Shown piece by piece: positions 49,589 through 60,670 of a stretch of 64,000 bases of DNA. The stretch comes from Escherichia coli. Lineage in GTDB: Bacteria; Pseudomonadota; Gammaproteobacteria; Enterobacterales; Enterobacteriaceae. Numbering within the stretch: the first letter of the stretch is position 1; the number at the start of each line of letters is the position of its first letter. The notes beneath the pieces are model-generated. The model made no database searches. It saw only the letters and a list, made by a program, of their open reading frames with translations, and was not told the DNA's origin. A program made the position numbers and the translations under genes. The DNA lies in assembly GCF_016903815.1 (NCBI RefSeq), contig NZ_CP069973.1; one strand, given 5' to 3'.

Positions 49589-50332
49589 TTATTTCCCGCC
49601 CGCCAAATCGATAAAACTTCCCGTGACGTAAGAGGCTTTATCACTTAGTAGCCAGACAATGGCCTGCGCGACCTCTTCTGCCTGTCCACCACGCTGCATG
49701 GGGATGTTCGACTTAACGCGATCGACGCGTCCAGGCTCGCCGCCGCTGGCGTGCATTTCGGTATAAATAAACCCTGGCCGCACGCAGTTAACGCGGATCC
49801 CCTGCGCGGCGACTTCCAGCGATAGTCCGGTGGTTAACGTATCAATCGCCCCTTTCGATGCCGCGTAATCAACATATTCCCCTGGCGAACCCAACCGTGA
49901 GGCCACCGAAGAGACATTGACGATAGCGCCGCCACTGCCACCATTTTTAAGCGCCATGCGTTTTACCGCCTCGCGGCAGCAGAGAAAATATCCCGTCACG
50001 TTGGTGGAAAGTACTCGGTTGATTCGCTCTGCGGTAAGGTTTTCAACGGTGCACTGGGTAAACAAGATCCCGGCGTTATTGACCAGCGCTGCTAGCGGTT
50101 CATCGTGCTGATCGATTGCTGTAAACATCGCAACGACCTGGTTTTCGTCGCTGATATCCGCTTGGAGCACGAATGCTTTGCCACCGGCTTGCGTTATTAA
50201 GTTCATCACTTCCTGCGCCGCGTGGAGGTTTTGCTGATAATTAACCGCCACCGTATACCCTTCTTGCGCCAACAGTAATGCAGTTGCCCGCCCGATGCCG
50301 CGACTGCCACCAGTCACAAGTGCTATAGCCAT
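49589..50332 (-). CDS. ygfF: Short-chain dehydrogenase/reductase YgfF
   Basis: 247-aa ORF; MAIALVTGGSRGIGRATALLLAQEGYTVAVNY is an SDR Rossmann motif. Confidence 0.85.
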   Translation of the reverse strand: MAIALVTGGSRGIGRATALLLAQEGYTVAVNYQQNLHAAQEVMNLITQAGGKAFVLQADISDENQVVAMFTAIDQHDEPLAALVNNAGILFTQCTVENLTAERINRVLSTNVTGYFLCCREAVKRMALKNGGSGGAIVNVSSVASRLGSPGEYVDYAASKGAIDTLTTGLSLEVAAQGIRVNCVRPGFIYTEMHASGGEPGRVDRVKSNIPMQRGGQAEEVAQAIVWLLSDKASYVTGSFIDLAGGK

Positions 50333-50409
50333 TTGTTTTTCCGAGAAAAATTAATTCGTTGACGTATCTTTGAGATTGCTAACAAACTGGCTCAATCTTC
50401 AATGTTGGC

Positions 50410-50520
50410 ACGCTTTTCCCCCTCGCCCTTTCAGGGAGAGGGCCGTGGTGAGGGTAAATATTCGCGCCAGTGCCGGCCTGTTCCCCTCACCCTAACCCTC
50501 TCCCCAAAGGGGCGAGGGGA
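50410..50520. repeat. Pair of inverted GC-rich palindromic repeat units (CCCTCGCC...GGTGAGGG / CCCTCACC...GGCGAGGGG)
   Basis: ccctcgccctttcagggagagggccgtggtgaggg and ccctcaccctaaccctctccccaaaggggcgagggg are near reverse complements of each other, in the ygfF-gcvP intergenic region. Confidence 0.7.
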
Positions 50521-50554
50521 CTGTCTGAGCACTTTTGTACTTTGTCATCTGACT

Positions 50555-50580
50555 AAAAAGGCGCCGAAGCGCCTTTAGAA
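50555..50580 (-). terminator. Rho-independent terminator of gcvP
   Basis: Hairpin ggcgccgaagcgcc preceded on the + strand by an A-run, which is a T-run on the minus-strand transcript, about 20 nt 3' of the gcvP stop. Confidence 0.65.
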
Positions 50581-50598
50581 AATAGTCGAATCAGTGAA

Positions 50599-53472
50599 TT
50601 ACTGGTATTCGCTAATCGGTACGCAGGAGCAGAACAGGTTACGGTCGCCGTAAACATCATCCAGACGTTTCACTGTCGGCCAGTATTTGTCTGCCACACC
50701 TGCCGGGAATACCGCAACTTCACGGCTGTACGGATGCGCCCACTCGGCGACCAGTTCGCTCTGAATGTGCGGCGCGTTCACCAGCGGGTTATCTTCCAGC
50801 GGCCAGACACCGGCTTTCACCTGGTCAATTTCTGCGCGGATAGCCAGCATCGCGTCGATAAAGCGATCCAGTTCCACTTTGCTTTCAGATTCAGTCGGTT
50901 CAACCATCAGCGTACCCGCCACCGGGAACGACATCGTCGGCGCGTGGAAACCGTAGTCGATCAGGCGCTTGGCAATATCCAGCTCGCTGATGCCGGTTTC
51001 TTCTTTCAGCGGGCGAATATCGAGAATACATTCGTGCGCCACGCGACCGTCGCGACCGGTATACAGCACCGGGAAGGCATCCTGCAGGCGGCTGGCAATA
51101 TAGTTGGCGCTGAGGATTGCCACCTGGCTTGCTTTTTTCAGCCCTTCTGCGCCCATCATGCGGATGTACATCCAGCTGATTGGCAGGATAGAGGCGCTAC
51201 CGAACGGTGCCGCAGAAACCGCGCCCTGACGGGTTAACATGCCTTCGATGTGCACCACGCTATGACCCGGTACAAACGGTGCCAAATGCGCTTTCACGCC
51301 GATCGGTCCCATACCCGGACCACCACCGCCGTGCGGAATGCAGAAAGTTTTATGTAGGTTAAGGTGTGAAACGTCCGCACCAATAAAGCCCGGCGAGGTG
51401 ATGCCAACCTGGGCGTTCATGTTCGCGCCATCAAGGTAAACCTGACCGCCGAACTGATGCACGACTTCACACACTTCACGGATCGTTTCTTCATACACGC
51501 CGTGGGTAGAAGGATAAGTCACCATGATACAGGAGAGGTTATCGCCCGCCTGTTCCGCTTTCGCGCGCAGATCAGTCAGATCGATGTTGCCGTTTTTATC
51601 ACACGCCACAACCACCACCTGCATTCCTGCCATATGTGCAGAAGCGGGGTTAGTTCCGTGCGCAGAAGCCGGGATCAGGCAGATATCGCGATGCCCTTCG
51701 TTGCGGCTTTCATGATAATGACGAATCGCCAGCAGGCCCGCGTATTCGCCCTGTGCGCCAGAGTTCGGCTGCATACAAACGGCGTCGTAACCGGTCAGTT
51801 TCACCAGCCAGTCAGCCAGCTGCGCAATCATCTGCTGATAACCTTCGGCCTGCTCCGGCGGGCAGAACGGGTGCAGTTCGGCAAATTCCGGCCAGGTGAT
51901 TGGGATCATCTCGGCGGCGGCGTTCAGTTTCATGGTGCAGGAACCCAGCGGGATCATCGCCTGATTCAGCGCCAGATCTTTACGCTCCAGCGAGTGCATA
52001 TAGCGCATCATTTCGGTTTCGCTGTGGTAGCGATTAAACACCGGATGGGTGAGGATTTCGTCGTCGCGCAGCATCGCAGGTTGAATAGAGCGGCTGTCGT
52101 GAGCCACGTCTTTGTCCAGCGTGTCGATGTCCAGGCCGTGGTTATCCCCCAGCAGTACGCTGAAAAGCTGCATCACGTTTTCGCGCGTGGTGGTTTCATC
52201 AAGGGTGATCCCAACCGCGTTCAGGATATCGCTACGCAGGTTGATTTCAGCCGCTTCGGCACGCGTCAGTACGCCCGCCTTGTCGGCCACTTCCACACAC
52301 AGAGTGTCGAAATAGTGCGCATGGCGCAGCTTCAGACCTTTTTGTTGCAGGCCTGCCGCCAGGATATCGGTCAGACGGTGAATGCGGTTAGCGATACGTT
52401 TCAGGCCAACCGGGCCGTGATAAACGGCATACAGGCTGGCGATGTTTGCCAGCAGTACCTGGGAAGTACAAATGTTGGAGTTCGCTTTCTCACGACGAAT
52501 ATGTTGCTCGCGAGTCTGCATCGCCATGCGCAGAGCGGTGTTGCCAGCTGCATCTTTCGATACACCGATAATACGGCCCGGCATTGAGCGTTTGTATTCA
52601 TCTTTCGCCGCAAAGAATGCCGCGTGTGGGCCACCGTAGCCCATCGGCACGCCGAAGCGTTGCGCCGAACCAAAAACAATATCCGCGCCCTGTTTACCCG
52701 GCGCAGTTAACAGCACCAGCGCCATAATATCGGCGGCAACGCTGACCACAATTTTGCGTGATTTCAGTTCGCTAATAAGCGCAGTGTAGTCGTGAATTTC
52801 ACCGGTAGTGCCTACCTGCTGTAACAGCACGCCGAAGACGTCCTGATGGTCGAGCACTTTTTGCGCGTCATCGACAATCACTTCAAAACCAAAGGTTTCG
52901 GCACGAGTACGGACCACATCCAGCGTTTGCGGATGCACATCGGAAGCCACGAAGAAGCGGTTGGCATTTTTCAGTTTGCTGACGCGTTTCGCCATCGCCA
53001 TTGCTTCGGCGGCAGCGGTGGCCTCGTCCAGAAGAGAAGCAGAGGCCATATCCAGTCCAGTCAAATCCAGCGTTACCTGCTGGAAGTTGAGCAGTGCTTC
53101 AAGGCGGCCCTGGGAGACTTCAGGTTGATACGGAGTGTACGCGGTATACCAGCCCGGATTTTCCAGCATGTTACGCAGGATAACCGGCGGTAGCTGCACG
53201 GCGGTGTAACCCATGCCGATGTAAGACGTGAAGCGTTTATTGCGACTGGCAATAGCCTTGAGTTCTGCCAGTGCGGCGTATTCGGTCGCCGGTGCGCCAA
53301 CCTGCGGTGGTGTCGCAAGCTGAATATCTTTCGGCACAATCTGGCCGGTCAGCGCGTTTAACGATTGTGCACCAACGGCATTCAGCATTTCTTGCTGTTG
53401 CGCGGCGTCCGGTCCGATATGGCGTTCAATAAAAGCGCCGCTGTTTTCAAGCTGGCTTAACGTCTGTGTCAT
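50599..53472 (-). CDS. gcvP: Glycine dehydrogenase (decarboxylating), glycine cleavage system P protein
   Basis: 957-aa [55 protein letters not shown]. Confidence 0.94.
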   Translation of the reverse strand: MTQTLSQLENSGAFIERHIGPDAAQQQEMLNAVGAQSLNALTGQIVPKDIQLATPPQVGAPATEYAALAELKAIASRNKRFTSYIGMGYTAVQLPPVILRNMLENPGWYTAYTPYQPEVSQGRLEALLNFQQVTLDLTGLDMASASLLDEATAAAEAMAMAKRVSKLKNANRFFVASDVHPQTLDVVRTRAETFGFEVIVDDAQKVLDHQDVFGVLLQQVGTTGEIHDYTALISELKSRKIVVSVAADIMALVLLTAPGKQGADIVFGSAQRFGVPMGYGGPHAAFFAAKDEYKRSMPGRIIGVSKDAAGNTALRMAMQTREQHIRREKANSNICTSQVLLANIASLYAVYHGPVGLKRIANRIHRLTDILAAGLQQKGLKLRHAHYFDTLCVEVADKAGVLTRAEAAEINLRSDILNAVGITLDETTTRENVMQLFSVLLGDNHGLDIDTLDKDVAHDSRSIQPAMLRDDEILTHPVFNRYHSETEMMRYMHSLERKDLALNQAMIPLGSCTMKLNAAAEMIPITWPEFAELHPFCPPEQAEGYQQMIAQLADWLVKLTGYDAVCMQPNSGAQGEYAGLLAIRHYHESRNEGHRDICLIPASAHGTNPASAHMAGMQVVVVACDKNGNIDLTDLRAKAEQAGDNLSCIMVTYPSTHGVYEETIREVCEVVHQFGGQVYLDGANMNAQVGITSPGFIGADVSHLNLHKTFCIPHGGGGPGMGPIGVKAHLAPFVPGHSVVHIEGMLTRQGAVSAAPFGSASILPISWMYIRMMGAEGLKKASQVAILSANYIASRLQDAFPVLYTGRDGRVAHECILDIRPLKEETGISELDIAKRLIDYGFHAPTMSFPVAGTLMVEPTESESKVELDRFIDAMLAIRAEIDQVKAGVWPLEDNPLVNAPHIQSELVAEWAHPYSREVAVFPAGVADKYWPTVKRLDDVYGDRNLFCSCVPISEYQ

Positions 53473-53504
53473 GAGCGATGGTTCCTGAAACGTGCAGTGA
53501 ATTG

Positions 53505-53580
53505 TGAACCTCTCTCCTTACGAAGAGAGTGAGGGTGAGGCATAAATTTTCCTCACCCTGATCCTCTCCCGCAGAAGAGG
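53505..53580. repeat. Second copy of the GC-rich palindromic repeat family (GAGGGTGAGG...CCTCACCC...CCTCTCCC)
   Basis: cctctctccttacgaagagagtgagggtgagg...cctcaccctgatcctctcccgcagaagagg in the gcvH-gcvP spacer shares its motifs with the 50410..50520 element. Confidence 0.65.
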
Positions 53581-53590
53581 AATAAAGCCG

Positions 53591-53983
53591 TTACTCGTCT
53601 TCTAACAATGCTTCGTATGCGGTCGCATCCAGCAGTGATTCCAGTTCGCTTTCATCGCTGGCTTTGATTTTAAAGATCCAGCCACCTGCATACGGTTCGC
53701 TGTTCACCAGTTCCGGGGAATCGCTCAGTGCATCGTTTACCGCCACGATTTCACCGCTTACTGGCGCATAAATGTCTGACGCCGCTTTTACTGATTCGGC
53801 AACCGCGCAGTCATCGCCCGCGCTAACCGTTGCGCCCACTTCCGGCAGGTCAACAAACACCATATCGCCTAACAGCTCCTGAGCATGTTCGGTAATACCA
53901 ACGGTGTAAGTGCCGTCGGCTTCTTTACGCAGCCATTCGTGTTCTTTGCTGTATTTCAGTTCTGCTGGTACGTTGCTCATCAA
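53591..53983 (-). CDS. gcvH: Glycine cleavage system H protein (lipoyl carrier)
   Basis: 129 aa; [49 protein letters not shown]. Confidence 0.94.
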
Positions 53984-54003
53984 TCAATCTCCAAAAAAGT
54001 AAA

Positions 54004-55098
54004 TCACGCGACGGCTTTGCCGTTACGCACAAAAACAGGTTTTGTCACTTTAACCGGCATTTCACGGTTGCGAATTTGCACAATCGCCGTTTCGCCAATA
54101 CCTTCCGGCACGCGCGCCAGCGCAATGCTGTAACCCAGCGTCGGGGAGAAAGTACCGCTGGTGATAATGCCTTCATGCTGGTTGCCCTGCGCATCGGTAA
54201 AGCGTACCGGCAGTTCATTACGCAGCACGCCTTTTTCGGTCATCACCAGACCAACCAGTTTTTCTGTACCATGCTCACGCTGCACTTCCAGGGCTTCACG
54301 ACCGATAAAGTCACGATCTGCCGGTTCCCAGGCGATAGTCCAGCCCATGTTGGCGGCTAAAGGAGAAATAGTTTCGTCCATCTCCTGACCATAAAGATTC
54401 ATGCCCGCTTCCAGACGCAGCGTGTCACGCGCGCCCAAGCCACATGGCTTAACACCCGCTTCCACCAGCGCACGCCAGAAATCGGCCGCTTTTTCATTGG
54501 GCAGCGCAATTTCATAGCCCGCTTCACCGGTATAACCAGTGGTGGCAATAAACAGATCGCCCGCCTGCACGCCAAAGAACGGTTTCATCCCTTCCACCGC
54601 CTGACGCTGGGCGTCATTAAACAGTGTGGCAGCTTTTGCCTGCGCATTCGGCCCTTGCACGGCAATCATGGAAAGGTCATCACGAACGGTAATTTCGATG
54701 CCGAAAGGTTCAGCGTGTTGGGTAATCCAGGATAGGTCTTTTTCGCGGGTGGCGGAGTTAACAACGAGGCGGAAGAAATCTTCAGTAAAGTAGTAGACGA
54801 TGAGGTCATCTATCACACCGCCAGAGGCATTCAACATCCCCGAGTAAAGGGCTTTGCCGCTTTTGGTGAGCTTCGCCACATCGTTCGCCAGCAGATAACG
54901 CAGAAACTCCCGGGTGCGGCTGCCGCGGAGATCGACGATGGTCATATGTGACACATCAAACATTCCGGCATCGGTACGTACCGCATGATGTTCGTCGATT
55001 TGCGAACCGTAATGCAGCGGCATCATCCAGCCGTGGAAATCCACCATGCGAGCGCCGCAAAGCGTGTGTTGTTCGTACAAAGGAGTCTGTTGTGCCAT
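54004..55098 (-). CDS. gcvT: Aminomethyltransferase, glycine cleavage system T protein
   Basis: Start [52 protein letters not shown] gives 364 aa. The upstream extension of the 418-aa track ORF is rejected. Confidence 0.93.
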
Positions 55099-55544
55099 CT
55101 TGTCCTCATTGAATAAGCGGGGCTGACAACTTTTCATGGTGAAATTATCACCACGAAACCCAGCATCGGAGCCACTCCCGGTCCCCAACGCAATCGTTCT
55201 CTTTTGCCTGAACTTACCACCGAAACAGACTGTTAACCATAAGGTAAAATTGATCATCACATTAGCTTATGGTTAAAAAACGCCAAAATCGCGACAGAAT
55301 AAAAAACCAAAAAACACACCAGTTTCTATATAAAGATGATGCCATTAGAAAGCTAATTTGAATAAGGCAATATTAAGAGCTAAAAAAATGTCAAAAAACA
55401 CTAAATCAAAAAATAATGACATTAGAAAATATAATGCGAAAACGGAGGTGAAATTAGTTTATTTCAAATGAGGAAAATCTCCCGGCGAAAAAACCGGGAG
55501 ATGAAAGTGTGATGGGTATCAAATAAACAGCAGAAGAGAAATTT

Positions 55545-56747
55545 TTAACGCAGCCATTCAGGCAAATCGTTTAATCCCATTGCCTGGCGGATAAGTTGCG
55601 GCTTAACGCCAGGAAGCGTGTCGGCCAGTTTCAAACCAATATCACGCAGCAGTTTTTTCGCCGGATTGGTACCGGAAAACAGATCGCGGAATCCCTGCAT
55701 ACCAGCCAGCATCAGCGCCGCACTGTGCTTGCGGCTACGCTCATACCGGCGCAGGTAAATGTACTGCCCGATGTCTTTCCCCTGACGATGCAACCGTTTC
55801 AGTTCAGCAATCAGCTCTGCAGCATCCATAAAGCCGAGATTTACTCCCTGCCCCGCCAGCGGGTGAATGGTATGCGCGGCGTCGCCCACCAGCACCAGAC
55901 GGTGCGCGGCAAACTGGCGCGCATAACGCCCCGTCAGTGGGAACACCTGACGCGCGCTCTCAACCTTGCATAAGCCCAGGCGATTATCAAAAGCGATATT
56001 TAACGCGCGATTAAATTCATCTTCACTTGCCTGCTGCATCCGCTGCGCTTCCTCTGGCGACAGTGACCAGACAATTGAGCAAAGATGCGGATCGCTAAGC
56101 GGTAAAAAGGCCAGAATGCCTTCGCCATGGAAAACCTGCCGCGCCACCGCATCATGCGGTTCTTCCGTGCGAATGGTCGCTACCAGCGCGTGATGCTGAT
56201 AATCCCAGAAAGTCAGCGGAATATCTGCTTTGTTGCGCAACCAGGAATTAGCACCGTCCGCGCCAATCACCAGACGCGCCGTTAACATGCTGCCATCTTT
56301 CAGCGTCAGGAAAGTTTCATTTTCTCCCCAGGCGACCTGCTGTAATTCTGCGGGGGCCAACAGAGTGATATCTGACGACTGCTGCGCTTTGTTCCACAGC
56401 GTGTAGTGAATCACTGAGTTTTCAACGATATGCCCAAGATGGCTATAGCCCATGCTTTGATCGTCAAACGAAATGTGACCAAAACTGTCTTTGTCCCACA
56501 CTTCCATACCGTGATAACAACTGGCCCTACGAGAGAGAATGTCCTGCCAGACGCCAAGACGGGTGAGTAATTTTTCGCTGGCGGCATTGATAGCCGAAAC
56601 GCGCAGTTGTGGTGGTGCATCCGCCGCCAGAGGTTCCGGTACGCGCTGCTCCAGTACGGCAACGCGTAAGCCGCTCCCCTGTAAGCCGCAGGCAACCGCC
56701 AGCCCCACCATGCCGCCACCAACAATGGCTACATCAACACTTTGCAT
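55545..56747 (-). CDS. ubiI: FAD-dependent 2-octaprenylphenol hydroxylase UbiI (VisC)
   Basis: 400-aa ORF; MQSVDVAIVGGGMVGLAVACGLQGSGLRVAVLEQ is an FAD-binding GxGxxG motif. It is paralogous to the adjacent ubiH. Confidence 0.9.
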   Translation of the reverse strand: MQSVDVAIVGGGMVGLAVACGLQGSGLRVAVLEQRVPEPLAADAPPQLRVSAINAASEKLLTRLGVWQDILSRRASCYHGMEVWDKDSFGHISFDDQSMGYSHLGHIVENSVIHYTLWNKAQQSSDITLLAPAELQQVAWGENETFLTLKDGSMLTARLVIGADGANSWLRNKADIPLTFWDYQHHALVATIRTEEPHDAVARQVFHGEGILAFLPLSDPHLCSIVWSLSPEEAQRMQQASEDEFNRALNIAFDNRLGLCKVESARQVFPLTGRYARQFAAHRLVLVGDAAHTIHPLAGQGVNLGFMDAAELIAELKRLHRQGKDIGQYIYLRRYERSRKHSAALMLAGMQGFRDLFSGTNPAKKLLRDIGLKLADTLPGVKPQLIRQAMGLNDLPEWLR

Positions 56748-56769
56748 TGTTTATTCCTTAAAACCGCCT

Positions 56770-57948
56770 TCAACGCGCCACCCAACCGAGGGTGCGCTGC
56801 GCCAGCACATCGCGTGCCGGGGTGAATAATTCCATCGTCATCAGTCCGATGTTGCGCCCGACAACCAGCGGTGCCCAACGGTTGGCAAAAAGATGTACCA
56901 GGCTGTCCGTGACGCCGATGGTTGCTTCGCGATCGCTCTGTCGACGCTGCTGATAACGGCACAATACGCCGTAATCCCCCATGTCTTCTCCGCGCTCCTG
57001 CGCCTGAGTCAGGGTTTCCGCAAGACTCATCACATCTCGCATACCGAGGTTGAACCCTTGCCCGGCAATCGGGTGCAGGGTTTGCGCCGCATTGCCCACC
57101 AGCACGGTACGATGGGTAATAGCTCTGGCGGCGCGGGTTAACGCCAGCGGATAAGCACTGCGTTTACCGGCGTGGGTAATTTTTCCAAGTCGCCAGCCAA
57201 AGGCCGACTGGAGCTCACGGCAAAACTTCTCGTCACTCCACGACAGCACCTCTTCGCGCCGTTCCAGTGGATGACACCAGACCAGCGAACAGCGTCCGTC
57301 AGACATCGGCAACATCGCCAGCGGGCCATGTTGCGTGAAGCGTTCAAAAGCGCGGCCTTCGTGCGCAACAGAAGTAGCAACGTTGGCAATCACTGCCAGT
57401 TGTTCGTAAGGCTCCTGCTGCCAGTCAACGCCGCACGCGGTGGCTAACGCTGAATGGGTGCCATCAGCGGCTACCAGCACGCGGCCCGTCAGCGTCTCGC
57501 CACTCTCCAGCGTCACTTCAACGTGACTCTGAGTACGGGCAACGTTAGCCACGCGATCAGGGCAATGCAGCGTTACGCCAGGTGCTTTACGCAGCAATGC
57601 AAACAGCCGTTGCCCGACATTGTGCAATTCGACAACCTGTCCCAGCGCCGCCAGTTGGTAATCTTCTGCGGCGAGGGTGACAAATCCAGCGTGACCACGA
57701 TCGCTGACATGCACGGTGGTGATGGCAGTTGCGCAATCCGCCAGAGATTGCCAGACGCCGATGCGCGCCAGTTGCTGACAGGTACCCGCCGCCAGCGCTA
57801 TCGCTCGTCCATCAAAGCCCGGATGAGCATGTGACTCTGGCGCAGTCGCTTCAATCAAATGTACCGGCAGCGCCCCGTGACTTAACCGGGAAATAGCCAG
57901 CGCCAGCGTCGCGCCCGCCATGCCGCCACCGACGATGATTACGCTCAT
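56770..57948 (-). CDS. ubiH: 2-octaprenyl-6-methoxyphenol hydroxylase UbiH
   Basis: 392-aa ORF; MSVIIVGGGMAGATLALAISRLSHGALPVHLIEA. Confidence 0.92.
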   Translation of the reverse strand: MSVIIVGGGMAGATLALAISRLSHGALPVHLIEATAPESHAHPGFDGRAIALAAGTCQQLARIGVWQSLADCATAITTVHVSDRGHAGFVTLAAEDYQLAALGQVVELHNVGQRLFALLRKAPGVTLHCPDRVANVARTQSHVEVTLESGETLTGRVLVAADGTHSALATACGVDWQQEPYEQLAVIANVATSVAHEGRAFERFTQHGPLAMLPMSDGRCSLVWCHPLERREEVLSWSDEKFCRELQSAFGWRLGKITHAGKRSAYPLALTRAARAITHRTVLVGNAAQTLHPIAGQGFNLGMRDVMSLAETLTQAQERGEDMGDYGVLCRYQQRRQSDREATIGVTDSLVHLFANRWAPLVVGRNIGLMTMELFTPARDVLAQRTLGWVAR

Positions 57949-59270
57949 TGCTTTCTCGCAGCAGCCATCAACGCTTCGATTTCTTCCGGCTTTTTCACCA
58001 CGCTGGCGGTGAGGTTTTCGTTACCGGTTTCGGTAATCACAATGTCGTCTTCAATACGAATGCCGATACCGCGATATTGTTCTGGCACATCCGCATCCGG
58101 CGCGATATACAGACCAGGCTCTACGGTCAGTACCATCCCCGGTTCCAGAATGCGCGAGCGATCCTGACCATAAACGCCAACGTCATGGACATCCAGTCCT
58201 AACCAGTGGCTAAGGCCATGCATAAAGAAAGGACGATGGGCGTTCTGAGCGATCAGTTCATCAACATCACCTTTCAGGATGCCGAGTTTTACCAGGCCGC
58301 TAACCATGATGCGCACCACTTCACCAGTGACTTCCAGAATGGAAGTTCCCGGACGATACAGGCGCAGGCTGGTTTCGAGAGACTCCAGCACAATGTCGTA
58401 GATTTCACGCTGGGTCTGGGTGAATTTGCCGTTGACCGGGAAGGTGCGGGTAATATCGCCAGCGTAACCTTTGTATTCGCAACCCGCGTCAATCAACACC
58501 AGGTCGCCGTCGCGCATTTCACACTCGTTTTCGGTGTAGTGCAGAATGCAGCCGTTTTCACCGCTGCCGACAATGGTGTTATAGGACGGATAGCGCGCAC
58601 CGTGGCGGTTAAATTCGTGGTGAATTTCGCCTTCCAGATGGTACTCGAACATTCCCGGACGGCATTTTTCCATCGCCCGGGTATGTGCCATGGCGGTGAT
58701 TTCTCCCGCGCGGCGGAGTACGGCAATCTCTTCTGGCGATTTGAACAGGCGCATTTCATGAACAACAGGACGCCAGTCGATCATCGTTGCCGGTGCGGTG
58801 AGATTTTGCCGCGAACCTTTACGCAGTTTTTCCAGCGCACTGTTCACGATTTCATCAGCATATGCATATTCGCCCTGGGCATGGTAAACCACATCCAGGC
58901 CGTTAAGTAGTTGATAAAGTTGCTGATTGATTTCGCTGAATGCCAGTGCGCGGTCAACGCCCAGTTTCTCTGGCGCGGCATCCTGGCCTAAGCGACGGCC
59001 AAACCAGATCTCCGCCGTCAGGTCGCGAACGCGGTTAAACAGAACGCTGTGGTTATGAGTGTCATCGCTTTTAATCAGCACCAGCACCGCTTCCGGTTCG
59101 TTAAAGCCGGTGAAGTACCAGAAGTCACTGTTCTGACGATAGGGGTATTCGCTGTCGGCGCTACGTGTTACTTCTGGTGCAGCAAAAATCAGCGCGGCGC
59201 TGCCGGGTTGCATTTGCTCCACCAGGGCCTGACGGCGACGCTGAAACTCTTGCCGGGATATCTCACTCAT
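57945..59270 (-). CDS. pepP: Xaa-Pro aminopeptidase (aminopeptidase P II)
   Basis: Start MSEISRQEFQRRRQALVEQMQPGSAALIFAAPE, preceded by an AAGGAG Shine-Dalgarno, gives 441 aa. Its stop overlaps the ubiH start. The 71-codon upstream extension is rejected. Confidence 0.92.
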   Translation of the reverse strand: MSEISRQEFQRRRQALVEQMQPGSAALIFAAPEVTRSADSEYPYRQNSDFWYFTGFNEPEAVLVLIKSDDTHNHSVLFNRVRDLTAEIWFGRRLGQDAAPEKLGVDRALAFSEINQQLYQLLNGLDVVYHAQGEYAYADEIVNSALEKLRKGSRQNLTAPATMIDWRPVVHEMRLFKSPEEIAVLRRAGEITAMAHTRAMEKCRPGMFEYHLEGEIHHEFNRHGARYPSYNTIVGSGENGCILHYTENECEMRDGDLVLIDAGCEYKGYAGDITRTFPVNGKFTQTQREIYDIVLESLETSLRLYRPGTSILEVTGEVVRIMVSGLVKLGILKGDVDELIAQNAHRPFFMHGLSHWLGLDVHDVGVYGQDRSRILEPGMVLTVEPGLYIAPDADVPEQYRGIGIRIEDDIVITETGNENLTASVVKKPEEIEALMAAARKQ

Positions 59271-59295
59271 AACACTCTCCTTACGTTTTTTGTTT

Positions 59296-59874
59296 TTAGT
59301 GTAGAGTCGGTTTTTGTACTTCTGGCGCGGTCGGTTGCGGATGAGTAAAGGTGTCGTGGCATAACAGCGCGGCAACACGAACGTATTCGATGATCTCTTC
59401 AAGCGACATTTCAAGCTCTTCCTGATCTTCGTCTTCGTCGTAACCCAGTTGCGCAATGTTACGCAGATCGTCGATAGCTTCACCGGTTTCGCCGGTCACT
59501 TTATCCAGCTTCGGTTGCGTAACGCCAAGACCAAGCAGGAAGTGATTGACCCAACCTGCCAATGCATCAGCCCGATCGAAAACGCTGACATCATCGCCAT
59601 CAGGCAGATAAAGCTGAAAAAGGAAGCCGTCATCCTGCAGGGCATCGCTGGTGGCAGAGTGCATTTTACGCAGTGCCTGTGCCAGCTCATGACCGAAAGC
59701 CATGCCTTCGTTCGTCAGGTCGTGAAGTAGCGGTAGCCATGAGCTGTCATCGTTACCGCCACATATCATCCCGCTGATTAAACCATGCATCTCAGCTGGG
59801 GTCAGACCCGTCCCTTGTTGGTTCAGATACTGGTTCATTTCGTTGTAACCAGGCATTTCGTTCTGTATAGACAT
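59296..59874 (-). CDS. ygfB: UPF0149-family protein YgfB
   Basis: Start [40 protein letters not shown] gives 192 aa. Confidence 0.85.
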
Positions 59875-59975
59875 AAGCATTCGTCGTCAAAGGGAGGAAT
59901 ATTCATGATATGCTACCACTTTGGGCCCTGGTGGACCAGAAAAGGGCTTGTCTCTTCTCATCAGGGTAGCTATAG

Positions 59976-60371
<396 letters not shown>

Positions 60372-60412
60372 CACTTTTCGGTTTACTGTGGTAGAGTAAC
60401 CGTGAAGACAAA

Positions 60413-60596
60413 ATTTCTCTGAGATGTTCGCAAGCGGGCCAGTCCCCTGAGCCGATATTTCATACCACAAGAATGTGGCGCTCCGCGGTTGGTGAGCATG
60501 CTCGGTCCGTCCGAGAAGCCTTAAAACTGCGACGACACATTCACCTTGAACCAAGGGTTCAAGGGTTACAGCCTGCGGCGGCATCTCGGAGATTCC
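60413..60596 (+). ncRNA. ssrS: 6S RNA (regulator of sigma70 RNA polymerase)
   Basis: ATTTCTCTGAGATGTTCGCAAGCGGGCCAGTCCCCTGAGCCGATATTTCATACCACAAGAATGTGGCGCTCCGCGGTTGGTGAGCATGCTCGG... matches 6S RNA, downstream of zapA and upstream of fau. A -10-like TAGAGT lies just upstream. Confidence 0.88.
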
Positions 60597-60670
60597 CTTC
60601 TTATCTGGCACCAGCCATGACGCAACTACCAGAACTCCCACTGATATTATCCCGACAAGAAATCCGCAAA

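Noticed and set aside
51457-52587. 376-aa + strand ORF inside gcvP, and similar antisense ORFs inside prfB (39768..40772), pepP (58206..58910), recJ (41600..42022) and recC (2866..3378)
   Set aside because: All are antisense or out-of-frame overlaps of strongly supported genes and are Arg/His-rich. I see no independent support.
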